Positions 1 through 8,152 of a stretch of 64,000 nt of DNA are shown here, in pieces. Where the stretch lies: NCBI GenBank assembly GCA_050331735.1, contig JBHJGN010000007.1:43526-107525 (forward strand), given 5' to 3'. The stretch comes from Cyanophyceae cyanobacterium. GTDB taxonomy: Bacteria; Cyanobacteriota; Cyanobacteriia; Cyanobacteriales; JBHJGN01. Both the position numbers and the translations under genes were made by a program. Within the stretch, counting starts at the first letter, position 1. The number at the start of each line of letters is the position of its first letter. The notes under the pieces are model-generated. The model did not search any database. It saw nothing but the letters and a program-made list of their open reading frames with translations, and was not told the origin of the DNA.

Positions 1-1
1 A

Positions 2-2935
2 CCGGGGCAAAATGCCTTGTCTCAGGTTGAGGAGCTATTTCTGGATATAGAAGCTCAGTCTCTGAGGGTGCAATTGTTACCGATTCCGCTCCCGGAATCG
101 TTGGCCAAGCTTGACTATGCTGGAGGAGTAAACTTTGACGGCACGATCGCTGGCTCACCAATAGCTCCCCGAATTGAGGGCAAACTGGCTCTGCGAAATT
201 TTGAGGTGGAGACAGTTTCCTTTGAGCCTGTGCTCACGGGAACGGTAGCGGTGGCTCCCCAGACCGGAGTAAACCTAGAGCTGGCGGGAGAACGCGATCG
301 CATCGACATCACTCTGGCCCCGGACTACTGGCCGCAGGAGTTTGTAGTGCAGTCAGGCTCAGCAACCGTGAGCGGCTCGCGGCAGGGAGACTGGCTCCTG
401 GCGGAAGCGCAGAACTTTCCCGTTCGTCCGTTGAAAGATTTGGCCCTGGCGCTGGAGGCTCCGATCCCAAAAGCGTTAGCCTCCCGCGAAGTGTCTGGCA
501 CTCTTTTTGGGGAGTTTGCCGTCGATCTAAATACTTGGGCGTTCTCTGGTAGGGAGGTGGCGATCGCTGCTCCGGTAGTGGGCAGGCTGACGGGCGACAG
601 CTTGAGCGGTAGCTTCACCTACGCTAATGAGCAGGTCGCGCTTACCGACATTCTCTGGCAAGACGGAGAAACCCACTATCGGCTCAACGGCAGGATTGAC
701 CAAGGGCAGGAGCCGCAACTGCAAGCGTCTGTTAAGGTCGAGCAGGGACAAATTCAGGAAATCCTAGAGACGCTGGAGATCTTTGAACTTTCTGACTTTA
801 GCCGGGGGCTACAGCCAGCCGTTTACGGCGATTCTGCCGACCTGTATCGGCAAGCTTCCCCACCAGATCGCGCTCTCTTCTCAGTGGGCTCGCCGGGAGA
901 AACTATTAATACGCAGCTTCGTCGTTTAGCCGAGATCGAAACGTGGCTCAGCGAGGCCCGCCAGCGACGCGAAGAAGCTCTGCTCCCAGAACTCCGCACC
1001 CTTGAAGGCAGCTTCAGTGGCTCAATCGAGGTGGCTGGTTCGTTGAACGAGCTGGCAGCAGAATTCGATCTGTGGGGACAGCAGTGGCGCTGGGGCCCCT
1101 ACAGCGCCAACACCGTTATTGCTCAAGGAAATTTCCAAGATGGCATCCTCACCCTCGTTCCCGTCCGCTTACAAACTAACGACAGCTTCCTCAGCTTCTC
1201 TGGGAGCTTTGGCGGCGAAACTCAATCGGGGCAGCTACGGCTGGCGAATATTCCGGTTGCTTTAGTGCGAGAATTTGTAGAGCTGCCGAGCGCGATTGGC
1301 TTTGGCGGCAGGCTCAATACCACCGTGGCGATCGCTGGGGATCGAGCCAACCCGCAGGCGCGAGGGGAATTAACGGTGGAAAACGCCACAATTAATCAAA
1401 CGGCGATCGAGTCAACCGCAGGCAGCTTTAGCTACAACGATGCCCGCCTCAACTTCTTTGCTAGCAGCGTTCTGGCTGAAGGGGCTGAACCGTTAACGGT
1501 TACTGGCAGCGTTCCCTACCAACTGCCGTTCGCTGCGGTCGAGCCAGATAACAACGAACTCGACCTCAATATCAATGTTCGAGATGAGGGACTGGCGTTG
1601 TTAGATATTTTGTCCCGGAACCAGGTTTCCTGGGTTGAGGGAGCAGGAGAAGTTAATCTAGAAATTTCCGGGAGCATCGATCCCCAGACCAACAGACTCA
1701 CCGAATTTCGCGGTGACGGCGTTGCTAGCGTGACCGATGCCACGATTGCGGCTCAGGTCGTTGCTGACGCTCCCCTAACGGAAGTGAACGGCACTATTCT
1801 GTTTAACTTTGACCGCCTAGAGATCGAGAGTTTAAAGGGCAAGCTTGGTGGGGGGGAAGTGTTGGTGACGGGAGCGCTACCCCTGACGCGAGAGTTACCG
1901 CAGGCAAACCCGCTCACGGTGACTCTACGAGATACTACCCTCTATTTCAAAGGTCTGTACAAAGGAGACGTGCGCGGAGAACTCAACATTACTGGCAGTG
2001 CTTTAGAGCCAGATGTTTCTGGAGAGGTAGAGTTGTTTGATGGAGAAGTGCTGCTGGGAGAAACGGTTACGACGAGCATGGGCAATCGTAACGACTGGGC
2101 AACCGCTACCGATTTTGACGCTCTCCGTCTGAACCTCGGTGATAATCTGAGGCTCACGCGACAGCCGCTGCTTAATTTTCTCGCATCTGGCAGCTTACTC
2201 CTGAACGGAACGCCCGAAAATCCTCGTCCTGAAGGAACGATTCGCCTAAGGCACGGTCAAGTTAACCTGTTTGCCACTCAGTTTCAACTGGCTGGAGGAG
2301 AGGAAAATACGGCGCGATTTTCTCCTGAGCAAGGCTTTGACCCGTATTTAGATCTGCGGCTAGCCACGTCAGTCATTGAGACTAACAGCCAACCCCAACG
2401 ACAAGATCCGGCTTCGGCGGACGTGCGCGAAATTCTGCCTTCTCAGATTGGTGCTTTGCAAACGGTGCGCGTACAGGCAGAAGTGGAAGGATACGCCAGT
2501 CAACTAACCGACAGTATTGAGTTAACCAGCAGTCCGCCACGCACCGAAACGGAAATTGTGTCGCTGTTAGGGGGCGGATTTGTGAATACTCTTGGTCGAG
2601 GAGATACGACTCTGGGACTAGCGAACTTAGCGGGTTCAGCGCTGTTTGGTAGCGTACAGGGAGCGATTGGAGAAGCGTTGGGGTTGAGCGAGTTTCGGAT
2701 TTTTACCACTCCACTGATTAACGACGAACAAAGAACCACTGCCCTCGGCGTGGCGGCAGAAGCCAGCATCGATATTACTTCCGACCTCTCTTTTTCTGCT
2801 CTGAAGATTTTGAATACCGAACAGCCAGCTCAATACGGGATTCGCTATCGCTTAAATGAAAGTACGGTCCTGCGAGGCTCTACTGACCTTGAGGATGATA
2901 ATCGGGCTATTGTTGAGTTTGAACAGAGATTTTAA
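2..2935 (+). CDS. tamB: Translocation/assembly module TamB (DUF490) family protein, 5'-partial
   Basis: Long beta-rich repetitive ORF with TamB-like C-terminus (LDPYLD-type 'FDPYLDLRL', 'LTSSPPRTETEIVSLLG', ends 'EFEQRF'). The frame is open to the window edge, so the true start is probably upstream. Confidence 0.85.
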   Translation, partial: PGQNALSQVEELFLDIEAQSLRVQLLPIPLPESLAKLDYAGGVNFDGTIAGSPIAPRIEGKLALRNFEVETVSFEPVLTGTVAVAPQTGVNLELAGERDRIDITLAPDYWPQEFVVQSGSATVSGSRQGDWLLAEAQNFPVRPLKDLALALEAPIPKALASREVSGTLFGEFAVDLNTWAFSGREVAIAAPVVGRLTGDSLSGSFTYANEQVALTDILWQDGETHYRLNGRIDQGQEPQLQASVKVEQGQIQEILETLEIFELSDFSRGLQPAVYGDSADLYRQASPPDRALFSVGSPGETINTQLRRLAEIETWLSEARQRREEALLPELRTLEGSFSGSIEVAGSLNELAAEFDLWGQQWRWGPYSANTVIAQGNFQDGILTLVPVRLQTNDSFLSFSGSFGGETQSGQLRLANIPVALVREFVELPSAIGFGGRLNTTVAIAGDRANPQARGELTVENATINQTAIESTAGSFSYNDARLNFFASSVLAEGAEPLTVTGSVPYQLPFAAVEPDNNELDLNINVRDEGLALLDILSRNQVSWVEGAGEVNLEISGSIDPQTNRLTEFRGDGVASVTDATIAAQVVADAPLTEVNGTILFNFDRLEIESLKGKLGGGEVLVTGALPLTRELPQANPLTVTLRDTTLYFKGLYKGDVRGELNITGSALEPDVSGEVELFDGEVLLGETVTTSMGNRNDWATATDFDALRLNLGDNLRLTRQPLLNFLASGSLLLNGTPENPRPEGTIRLRHGQVNLFATQFQLAGGEENTARFSPEQGFDPYLDLRLATSVIETNSQPQRQDPASADVREILPSQIGALQTVRVQAEVEGYASQLTDSIELTSSPPRTETEIVSLLGGGFVNTLGRGDTTLGLANLAGSALFGSVQGAIGEALGLSEFRIFTTPLINDEQRTTALGVAAEASIDITSDLSFSALKILNTEQPAQYGIRYRLNESTVLRGSTDLEDDNRAIVEFEQRF

Positions 2936-3054
2936 AAGTGATTGGATAGGCCCTTTAGTAGTTGGATGTAAAGAAATAGATAATCGTCCAGTCGGAAGTC
3001 GAGAGGCAGGTCAGAAATTGGATTTTGTTCTGCTCGGTCCTTTGTTTTAGCTGG

Positions 3055-5028
3055 TCACCAAAAGTAGCCTGGTTCTACGGTAGTCTGGCGTTTGTTTGAG
3101 TCGTACTTTAACAGGTATTCTGCTGCGATCGCCTCTTGCTTCCGCAATTGCTTAACTTCTTTTTCATCAATTTCTGTATCGGTAGACAGTAAAATCACCT
3201 GATGGGATGCAGTCGGGAAGTAGCGTTCGACTAGGTTATTGCGGTGGGAGGAATCCAGCCGTCCTAGGGGCGTATCAATGGCGACAGGCAGGTTACGTCC
3301 CGATACCCGCGCCAGTCCCCACAGAAAGGCGATCGCCAGTAGCTGCTTTTCTCCGGCGGATAAGCGATGCTTGGGGACGGGTTGCCCCTGGGGATCGAAG
3401 AGAGATAGGGCGAAGCGATCGCTCTCAATCGCAACCCGGTGAACGAGATCGCTCTTATGGAGCAGATAGCGAAAACATTCCGTTACCTCTCCTTCTAGCT
3501 TATTTAACTTCTTGAGGGTTAAGCGTTCTTTAAATTGCTTGAGGGTTTGCTGCACCTTGGCGGCAGAATGGATGATGTGTTCGTTGTTTTGGCGATCGAT
3601 GGCTTGTTCGCTGTATTTTTCTAGTTCTTTTTTAGTTTGGGCGATCGCTTTTTCAATATCGCTATATTTTCGCGTCACTGCTTCGTAAGCCGCTTGACAA
3701 TTAACCAATTTTTGCTGCGCTTTTTGCAGTGCCTCGTCTAGTTTCTGATAGGCTTCCGGCGAGGCTGCTATGGCTAGCTGCTTTTCGTTGGTTTCACTTT
3801 CGGCTTCTAAGTATTTTAATTTGTCAAGCTGTTCCTGAGCCTGTTTAACCTGGAGCAAGAGCTGATTCTCGACTAACTCTAGACGTTTGACTGCTTCTGC
3901 GTCTACTCCTAGCCAAATTTGTGTGGTGTTTGCTTCCCGATTTAAAGCTTCATTTTCTTGAGTGAGAAAGACTTGAATTTGTTCAATTTGCGTCGAGGTA
4001 AAATCTAATTCATCTAAATAGTTTATCAGGCGATCGTCTCGCTCTTGTAATACAGTTTGAGCCACTTCTGCCTGCTTTTGTTTGAGTTCCGCTGTTGCTT
4101 GTTTTTGCGCCTGAGCGAGTAGCGGAGAGATTAGCTGCAATGGGAGAACGTCCGCTGCTAACTGGCACAATTCTTGACGTTGATTCTCTGCTGCTTGATT
4201 GAGAGTTCTAATTTTTTCTTCTAGCTGGCTGCGTTCTGCGGCAATCTTTCCGCCTTCTAAGCGAAATTTAGAAGCAGTTTCTCGATGATGAGCTTGAGCG
4301 CGTTCTAACTGAGCTTGTAAAGCTGCTAACTCTTCTTTAACGTTTTCTTTTTCTTGGGTAAGGCTTTTTATTTTCTTCTCAATTTCTTCTAAATTAGCTC
4401 GTTGAGAAACATTAGCTAAAGCTTTCCGTTTGCGACTGACTAAAATATCTAAATCAACCGCTAACCTTTCTGCTAATTCTAGCCCTAAAAGAGACTGAAT
4501 TGCCTCCACTACAGATGGAGGGGGTGCTTCTAATTCTGCTAATTCCTTAACCTGTTCGCCGTCAAAAAGAAACAGGTTAGAAATCCCTAGAGGTAATAGG
4601 GTTTCAATATATTCATCCCACGTATTGGCTAAAGCCGTATCGGGCCACTCTTCCTCTAGAATACCTAGAGTATCTTTACCATCTTTTGGGTTTCTTGTCC
4701 AGGTTCGCACAATTTTTAGTTGTACCCACTGGTCATTGCGAATATGTTCAATAGCTAATTCGATGCGAGCTTTATCAACCGGAGACGTTTGATTATTGAC
4801 CGATTGAGTTAGGAAATCGCTGTAGCTTAAGTTATTACGAGTAGAACATTGAGCGCGTTGTCCGTATAAGGCAAGGCGAACCGCATCCATTAAAGTTGTT
4901 TTTCCACCGCCATTCATGCCACCAAAAAGAACAATTGGGCGGCTATCTTCGGTTCCTGAATGTAGTTTTATAACGTTACGTCCTGCGTAAGGACCAAAGT
5001 TTTCTAAGATAAGTTCTTTAAATATCAT
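3055..5028 (-). CDS. dndD: DNA sulfur modification protein DndD (SMC-like ATPase)
   Basis: Walker A 'GGMNGGGKTT', 'LFLFDGEQ', long coiled coil, signature 'LSAGEKQ', Walker B 'AIDTPLGRLD', 'YFPTASHQVILLSTDTEI'; lies downstream of dndC. Confidence 0.93.
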   Translation of the reverse strand: MIFKELILENFGPYAGRNVIKLHSGTEDSRPIVLFGGMNGGGKTTLMDAVRLALYGQRAQCSTRNNLSYSDFLTQSVNNQTSPVDKARIELAIEHIRNDQWVQLKIVRTWTRNPKDGKDTLGILEEEWPDTALANTWDEYIETLLPLGISNLFLFDGEQVKELAELEAPPPSVVEAIQSLLGLELAERLAVDLDILVSRKRKALANVSQRANLEEIEKKIKSLTQEKENVKEELAALQAQLERAQAHHRETASKFRLEGGKIAAERSQLEEKIRTLNQAAENQRQELCQLAADVLPLQLISPLLAQAQKQATAELKQKQAEVAQTVLQERDDRLINYLDELDFTSTQIEQIQVFLTQENEALNREANTTQIWLGVDAEAVKRLELVENQLLLQVKQAQEQLDKLKYLEAESETNEKQLAIAASPEAYQKLDEALQKAQQKLVNCQAAYEAVTRKYSDIEKAIAQTKKELEKYSEQAIDRQNNEHIIHSAAKVQQTLKQFKERLTLKKLNKLEGEVTECFRYLLHKSDLVHRVAIESDRFALSLFDPQGQPVPKHRLSAGEKQLLAIAFLWGLARVSGRNLPVAIDTPLGRLDSSHRNNLVERYFPTASHQVILLSTDTEIDEKEVKQLRKQEAIAAEYLLKYDSNKRQTTVEPGYFW

Positions 5029-5100
5029 TCATGGATTCATGAGACTGGATGAAAGCTGAGGTGATTATAATACCACGAAAATACTTGGTGACGGATTAAC

Positions 5101-5150
5101 AGGGCGAATAGAATTCGCGGCTATACAAACAAAGTCCGCCTTCGCGGACT
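5101..5150. repeat. Left REP-like inverted repeat with two hairpins
   Basis: GCGAAT-aga-ATTCGC and AGTCCGC-cttc-GCGGACT hairpins; near-identical inverted copy at 5598-5647. Confidence 0.85.
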
Positions 5151-5179
5151 AGGAATTGTGCTCAATTAACAGGCGAAGA

Positions 5180-5589
5180 TTATTTAGGCTGTAGTTCCCA
5201 AGAAGAAATAAGCAATTTCTGTCGATGGTGAAGTTTTTGGTTTCTGATATAATCGGCTACTTTGTCGATTCCTTCATGATTAACGGTAAAAGCCGCATAG
5301 CTACCCTGCCATTTGAAGAATTGCGCTAGTTTAACTTCATGGTTAATGAGATGGGAAGAACTACCTTTTACCTGTTTAATTAATGCAGAAATAGGTAAAG
5401 TCGACGGAAATCCTACTAGCAGATGTACGTGATCTTCAATGCCACCTACAGCAATGACTGTATACTGTAGCTGTTCACACTGCCTGACTCTGCATAAACA
5501 ATTCTCTGGATGTCAGGAGTGATAATCGGCAATCTATCCCAGCTTGCCCAAACACAGTGCCAGTACAGCTGGGTAAAGTGCGATCGCAT
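5180..5589 (-). pseudogene. tnpA: IS200/IS605-family (Y1 HUH) transposase TnpA / RAYT-like, frameshifted
   Basis: Manual translation: MRSHFTQLYWHCVWASWDRLPIITPDIQRIVYA, frame change near 5487, then RQCEQLQYTVIAVGGIEDHVHLL...KGSSSH...FKWQGSYAAF...ADYIRNQKLHH. HUH motif (HVH) and catalytic Tyr (YIRNQ) present. Confidence 0.88.
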
Positions 5590-5597
5590 TTCTTTTT

Positions 5598-5647
5598 AAC
5601 CCGCGTAGGCGGGTTTCGCTTGTGTAGCCGCGAATTCTATTAGCCTT
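5598..5647. repeat. Right REP-like inverted repeat
   Basis: AACCCGC-gtag-GCGGGTT hairpin followed by GTAGCCGCGAATTCTATT; its reverse complement matches 5101-5150. Confidence 0.85.
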
Positions 5648-5688
5648 ACACTAGGGTTCCCTTTTAGAGATAGAATGCGTCTAAGCGA

Positions 5689-7242
5689 TCATTCTTGCTT
5701 GGGAAACTTCATATCTGCCCAAGTAAGCTGCTGTTGGACTCTATCGACATCACCTTCACTAACAGCATTTTTTAAATCTCGTTTTCGATGAGCATTTTCT
5801 ATGGCTTCTTCTTTAGATCGAGAACTGGATTCAAAGCATTTTTCAAGAGTATCATAAATACCGACTCGACGAGATTTGGTATAGTATTGACGTTCAGTAT
5901 CCAGCAGCTTTGCCATCAATTCCAGGTGCATCGCATCGTCATCGCAAACTTCTTCTAAAACATTCCACTCATCGCTACCTAGAAGACTATTGCCAGCACC
6001 AAGACGAGGATCGTAAAAAGGTTCTCCTGTTACCTCTTGATAGATGCGGGGTAAACTGTCATCAAATTCATGTTTTTCTTCTAGCCAAATGCGTCTAATT
6101 TCGCTCAGTTCCTCTGGACTGATTAAGGTAATATCTTGCATATCAGGCGGTGCAGTGTGACGCACTTGAACTTGTGCTTCTAATACTTGACGAAGCCAAT
6201 GTTCTCTCCACTTTTTAGTATAAGGACCGGGAATTGGTTCAACCGAAGTTTTTCCATCTAAATTGCGTTCAAAAAGCTGAACTTTTCCATAAATGCGGCG
6301 AAAATCTCTTCTGGGGCGATCATTGTCAACATCTAATTCATCCCGAATATCTAATAGAGGCTGCAACCATTCCTTTTCCTCGTCGTTCTGGATCATTGCC
6401 TCCATAGACTTGTCTTTATTAACCATTGTGCAAACCCAGCAGCCGAAGCGAGAATCCCCACAGCTAGGAGTAGAGGTATCAACGACTAAAGGACATTCGT
6501 TATCTGCTGTTGCACCGCGATACATGGTAAATAAGTCTTTGTTGTTATTCCCCCAAGGATTTTCCCACTGCATCAGGTATAGCCATACTTCATCAGTACG
6601 CCAGTCTTCAATAGGTAAGTAGATTAGAGAATTAGGTCGATTAGGGTTAGTATTGAGGCGATCTCGTACTCTCCATTCCCGATGTTTAGCCATATTCGTT
6701 GCCCGCTTGTGACTTTCAGTCTTGCGAGTTCCTAAGATTAGAATTACTTCTCCGCTAGTTCTAATGACTTCACGAATAAAAGAGTCGGCAGGCTTAATTT
6801 TCATGCGTTCGGTACACCATCTAAAGCGATTTCTGGGGGCTGGATATCCTTTTCCTATCAAGCACGTCCAAAATGTGTCTTGAACGGCTGGATAAGTTAG
6901 ATGGGTTACTACTGGCATTTTCTGGTCTTGGGCAGCAATCTTCATGCGTTCCAAAGACTTGCGCACCCAAGCAGAAACGATAGGATTTTCTACAAGAGTA
7001 TCGTTGCTAATAACATGGATTGTTTTAGTTCTTTTTTTAAGTGGAAGCGCAGCGATCGCATTCCAAATCAATTGTAGTACGCATGAACTATCTTTGCCTC
7101 CACTCCAGCCAATGACAAATGGTATATCATCCTGATAATACAACTCCTGAATTTCTGCGGTCAGTTTCTGTATATCTTCAATTAACTCTTCTACCGTCCG
7201 TTTGTCTGCAATATTAATCTCTAACGATTGTTGTTTAGTCAT
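5689..7242 (-). CDS. dndC: DNA phosphorothioation sulfurtransferase DndC (PAPS reductase family)
   Basis: PP-loop 'SGGKDS', 'DTLVENP', 'GYPAPRNRFRWCTERMKIKP', Cys cluster 'ECPLVVDTSTPSCGDSRFGCWVC'. Confidence 0.95.
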   Translation of the reverse strand: MTKQQSLEINIADKRTVEELIEDIQKLTAEIQELYYQDDIPFVIGWSGGKDSSCVLQLIWNAIAALPLKKRTKTIHVISNDTLVENPIVSAWVRKSLERMKIAAQDQKMPVVTHLTYPAVQDTFWTCLIGKGYPAPRNRFRWCTERMKIKPADSFIREVIRTSGEVILILGTRKTESHKRATNMAKHREWRVRDRLNTNPNRPNSLIYLPIEDWRTDEVWLYLMQWENPWGNNNKDLFTMYRGATADNECPLVVDTSTPSCGDSRFGCWVCTMVNKDKSMEAMIQNDEEKEWLQPLLDIRDELDVDNDRPRRDFRRIYGKVQLFERNLDGKTSVEPIPGPYTKKWREHWLRQVLEAQVQVRHTAPPDMQDITLISPEELSEIRRIWLEEKHEFDDSLPRIYQEVTGEPFYDPRLGAGNSLLGSDEWNVLEEVCDDDAMHLELMAKLLDTERQYYTKSRRVGIYDTLEKCFESSSRSKEEAIENAHRKRDLKNAVSEGDVDRVQQQLTWADMKFPKQE

Positions 7243-7257
7243 CTTTAGAAAAGACAG

Positions 7258-7662
7258 TTAAGTACCAATAATCTTCTGAACATCGTTTTGTATTTGGGCA
7301 CGGGTTTTCTCTTCCCATTTTTTCTGTAAAAGTATTAACCCTGCTTCTGCATATTTTGAGACTAAATCGAAGACTTCCGCACTACTGGTAGGTTCTGGCT
7401 GACCATTACGCTTGCAAACAGCATATACTCCTGCTTCTAATGCTAAACGTACATCGTTATCTAGACGAAAAACTTCTGCTAAGCTGTGAGACTTTACTGT
7501 TAAAACTTGAGGAATTTTTACGTTGTTCTTGAGTGCATAAGCGGCGGCAAAAGCGTAGGCATCAATAGCACGTTGAAAAATTTGGTTCCTGAGTAGGTAA
7601 TCTAGATATCCTTTGGATGTAGCCGTAGCACTAAATTTAGCTGTAATCTCTAAACGCTTCAT
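7258..7662 (-). CDS. Small dnd-locus protein resembling DNA phosphorothioation-associated protein 4
   Basis: 134 aa; 'DAYAFAAAYAL' and 'SKYAEAGLILL' resemble the FAAA..G and YANGGL..L segments I recall for dnd-associated protein 4; stop lies 15 bp upstream of the dndC start. Confidence 0.55.
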   Translation of the reverse strand: MKRLEITAKFSATATSKGYLDYLLRNQIFQRAIDAYAFAAAYALKNNVKIPQVLTVKSHSLAEVFRLDNDVRLALEAGVYAVCKRNGQPEPTSSAEVFDLVSKYAEAGLILLQKKWEEKTRAQIQNDVQKIIGT

Positions 7663-7980
7663 TCTTCAACCTCGATTACCGATGCATCTTCTGTTGCCTC
7701 TAGTTGTCGAATACGATGGATTTGGGCAATGTAAGGTCTTAACTCTTGCAAAAGGTAAGTCTCTGTCTGTTGCTAAGATTATCACCTGAGAGGGAATAGT
7801 GGGCAGAGAATTAATGGTGTTTTGTTGATGAGTGGTGTCCAAGTGACCGAAGGGCGTGTCCATCATCAGTGGTGCTGCCGTCCCTGATGCTAAGTTTAAG
7901 CCAGCGATGAAGGCAAAAGCAAGGGCTTCCTTTTCCCCGGCACTAATGCTTTCTGGATTTAGAACGTCACCATTGACCTT
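7659..7980 (-). pseudogene. C-terminal remnant of a second SMC/DndD-like ABC ATPase
   Basis: Reads KVNGDVLNPESISAGEKEALAFAFIAGLNLASGTAAPLMMDTPFGHLD...SQVIILATDRDL, frameshift, then LQELRPYIAQIHRIRQLEATEDASVIEVEE*. ABC signature and Walker B present, no N-terminus; TGA overlaps the next ATG (ATGA). Confidence 0.82.
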
Positions 7981-8010
7981 CTGCCTCCTGCCCTCTGCCT
8001 TCTGACTGCC
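7979..8010. repeat. STRR-like heptamer tandem repeat (YYCTGCC)n
   Basis: ttctgcc tcctgcc ctctgcc ttctgac tgcc; a related tract lies at about 18851-18880 on the opposite strand. Confidence 0.7.
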
Positions 8011-8152
8011 ATCTGTAGCAAACGATAGGCAATTTCATATCACTTGCTCAGCGAGCTGGGTCGAAGCTTAGCCTTGCAGTTATCTGCCAAAACTAGTTCG
8101 GATTGAAAATTGGAGTGAGCAAGGAAAGCGCCGTCTCAGCAAAAATACATGC

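Noticed and set aside
7666..7866. Stand-alone 66-aa protein
   Set aside because: It is the Walker B portion of the frameshifted ATPase remnant.
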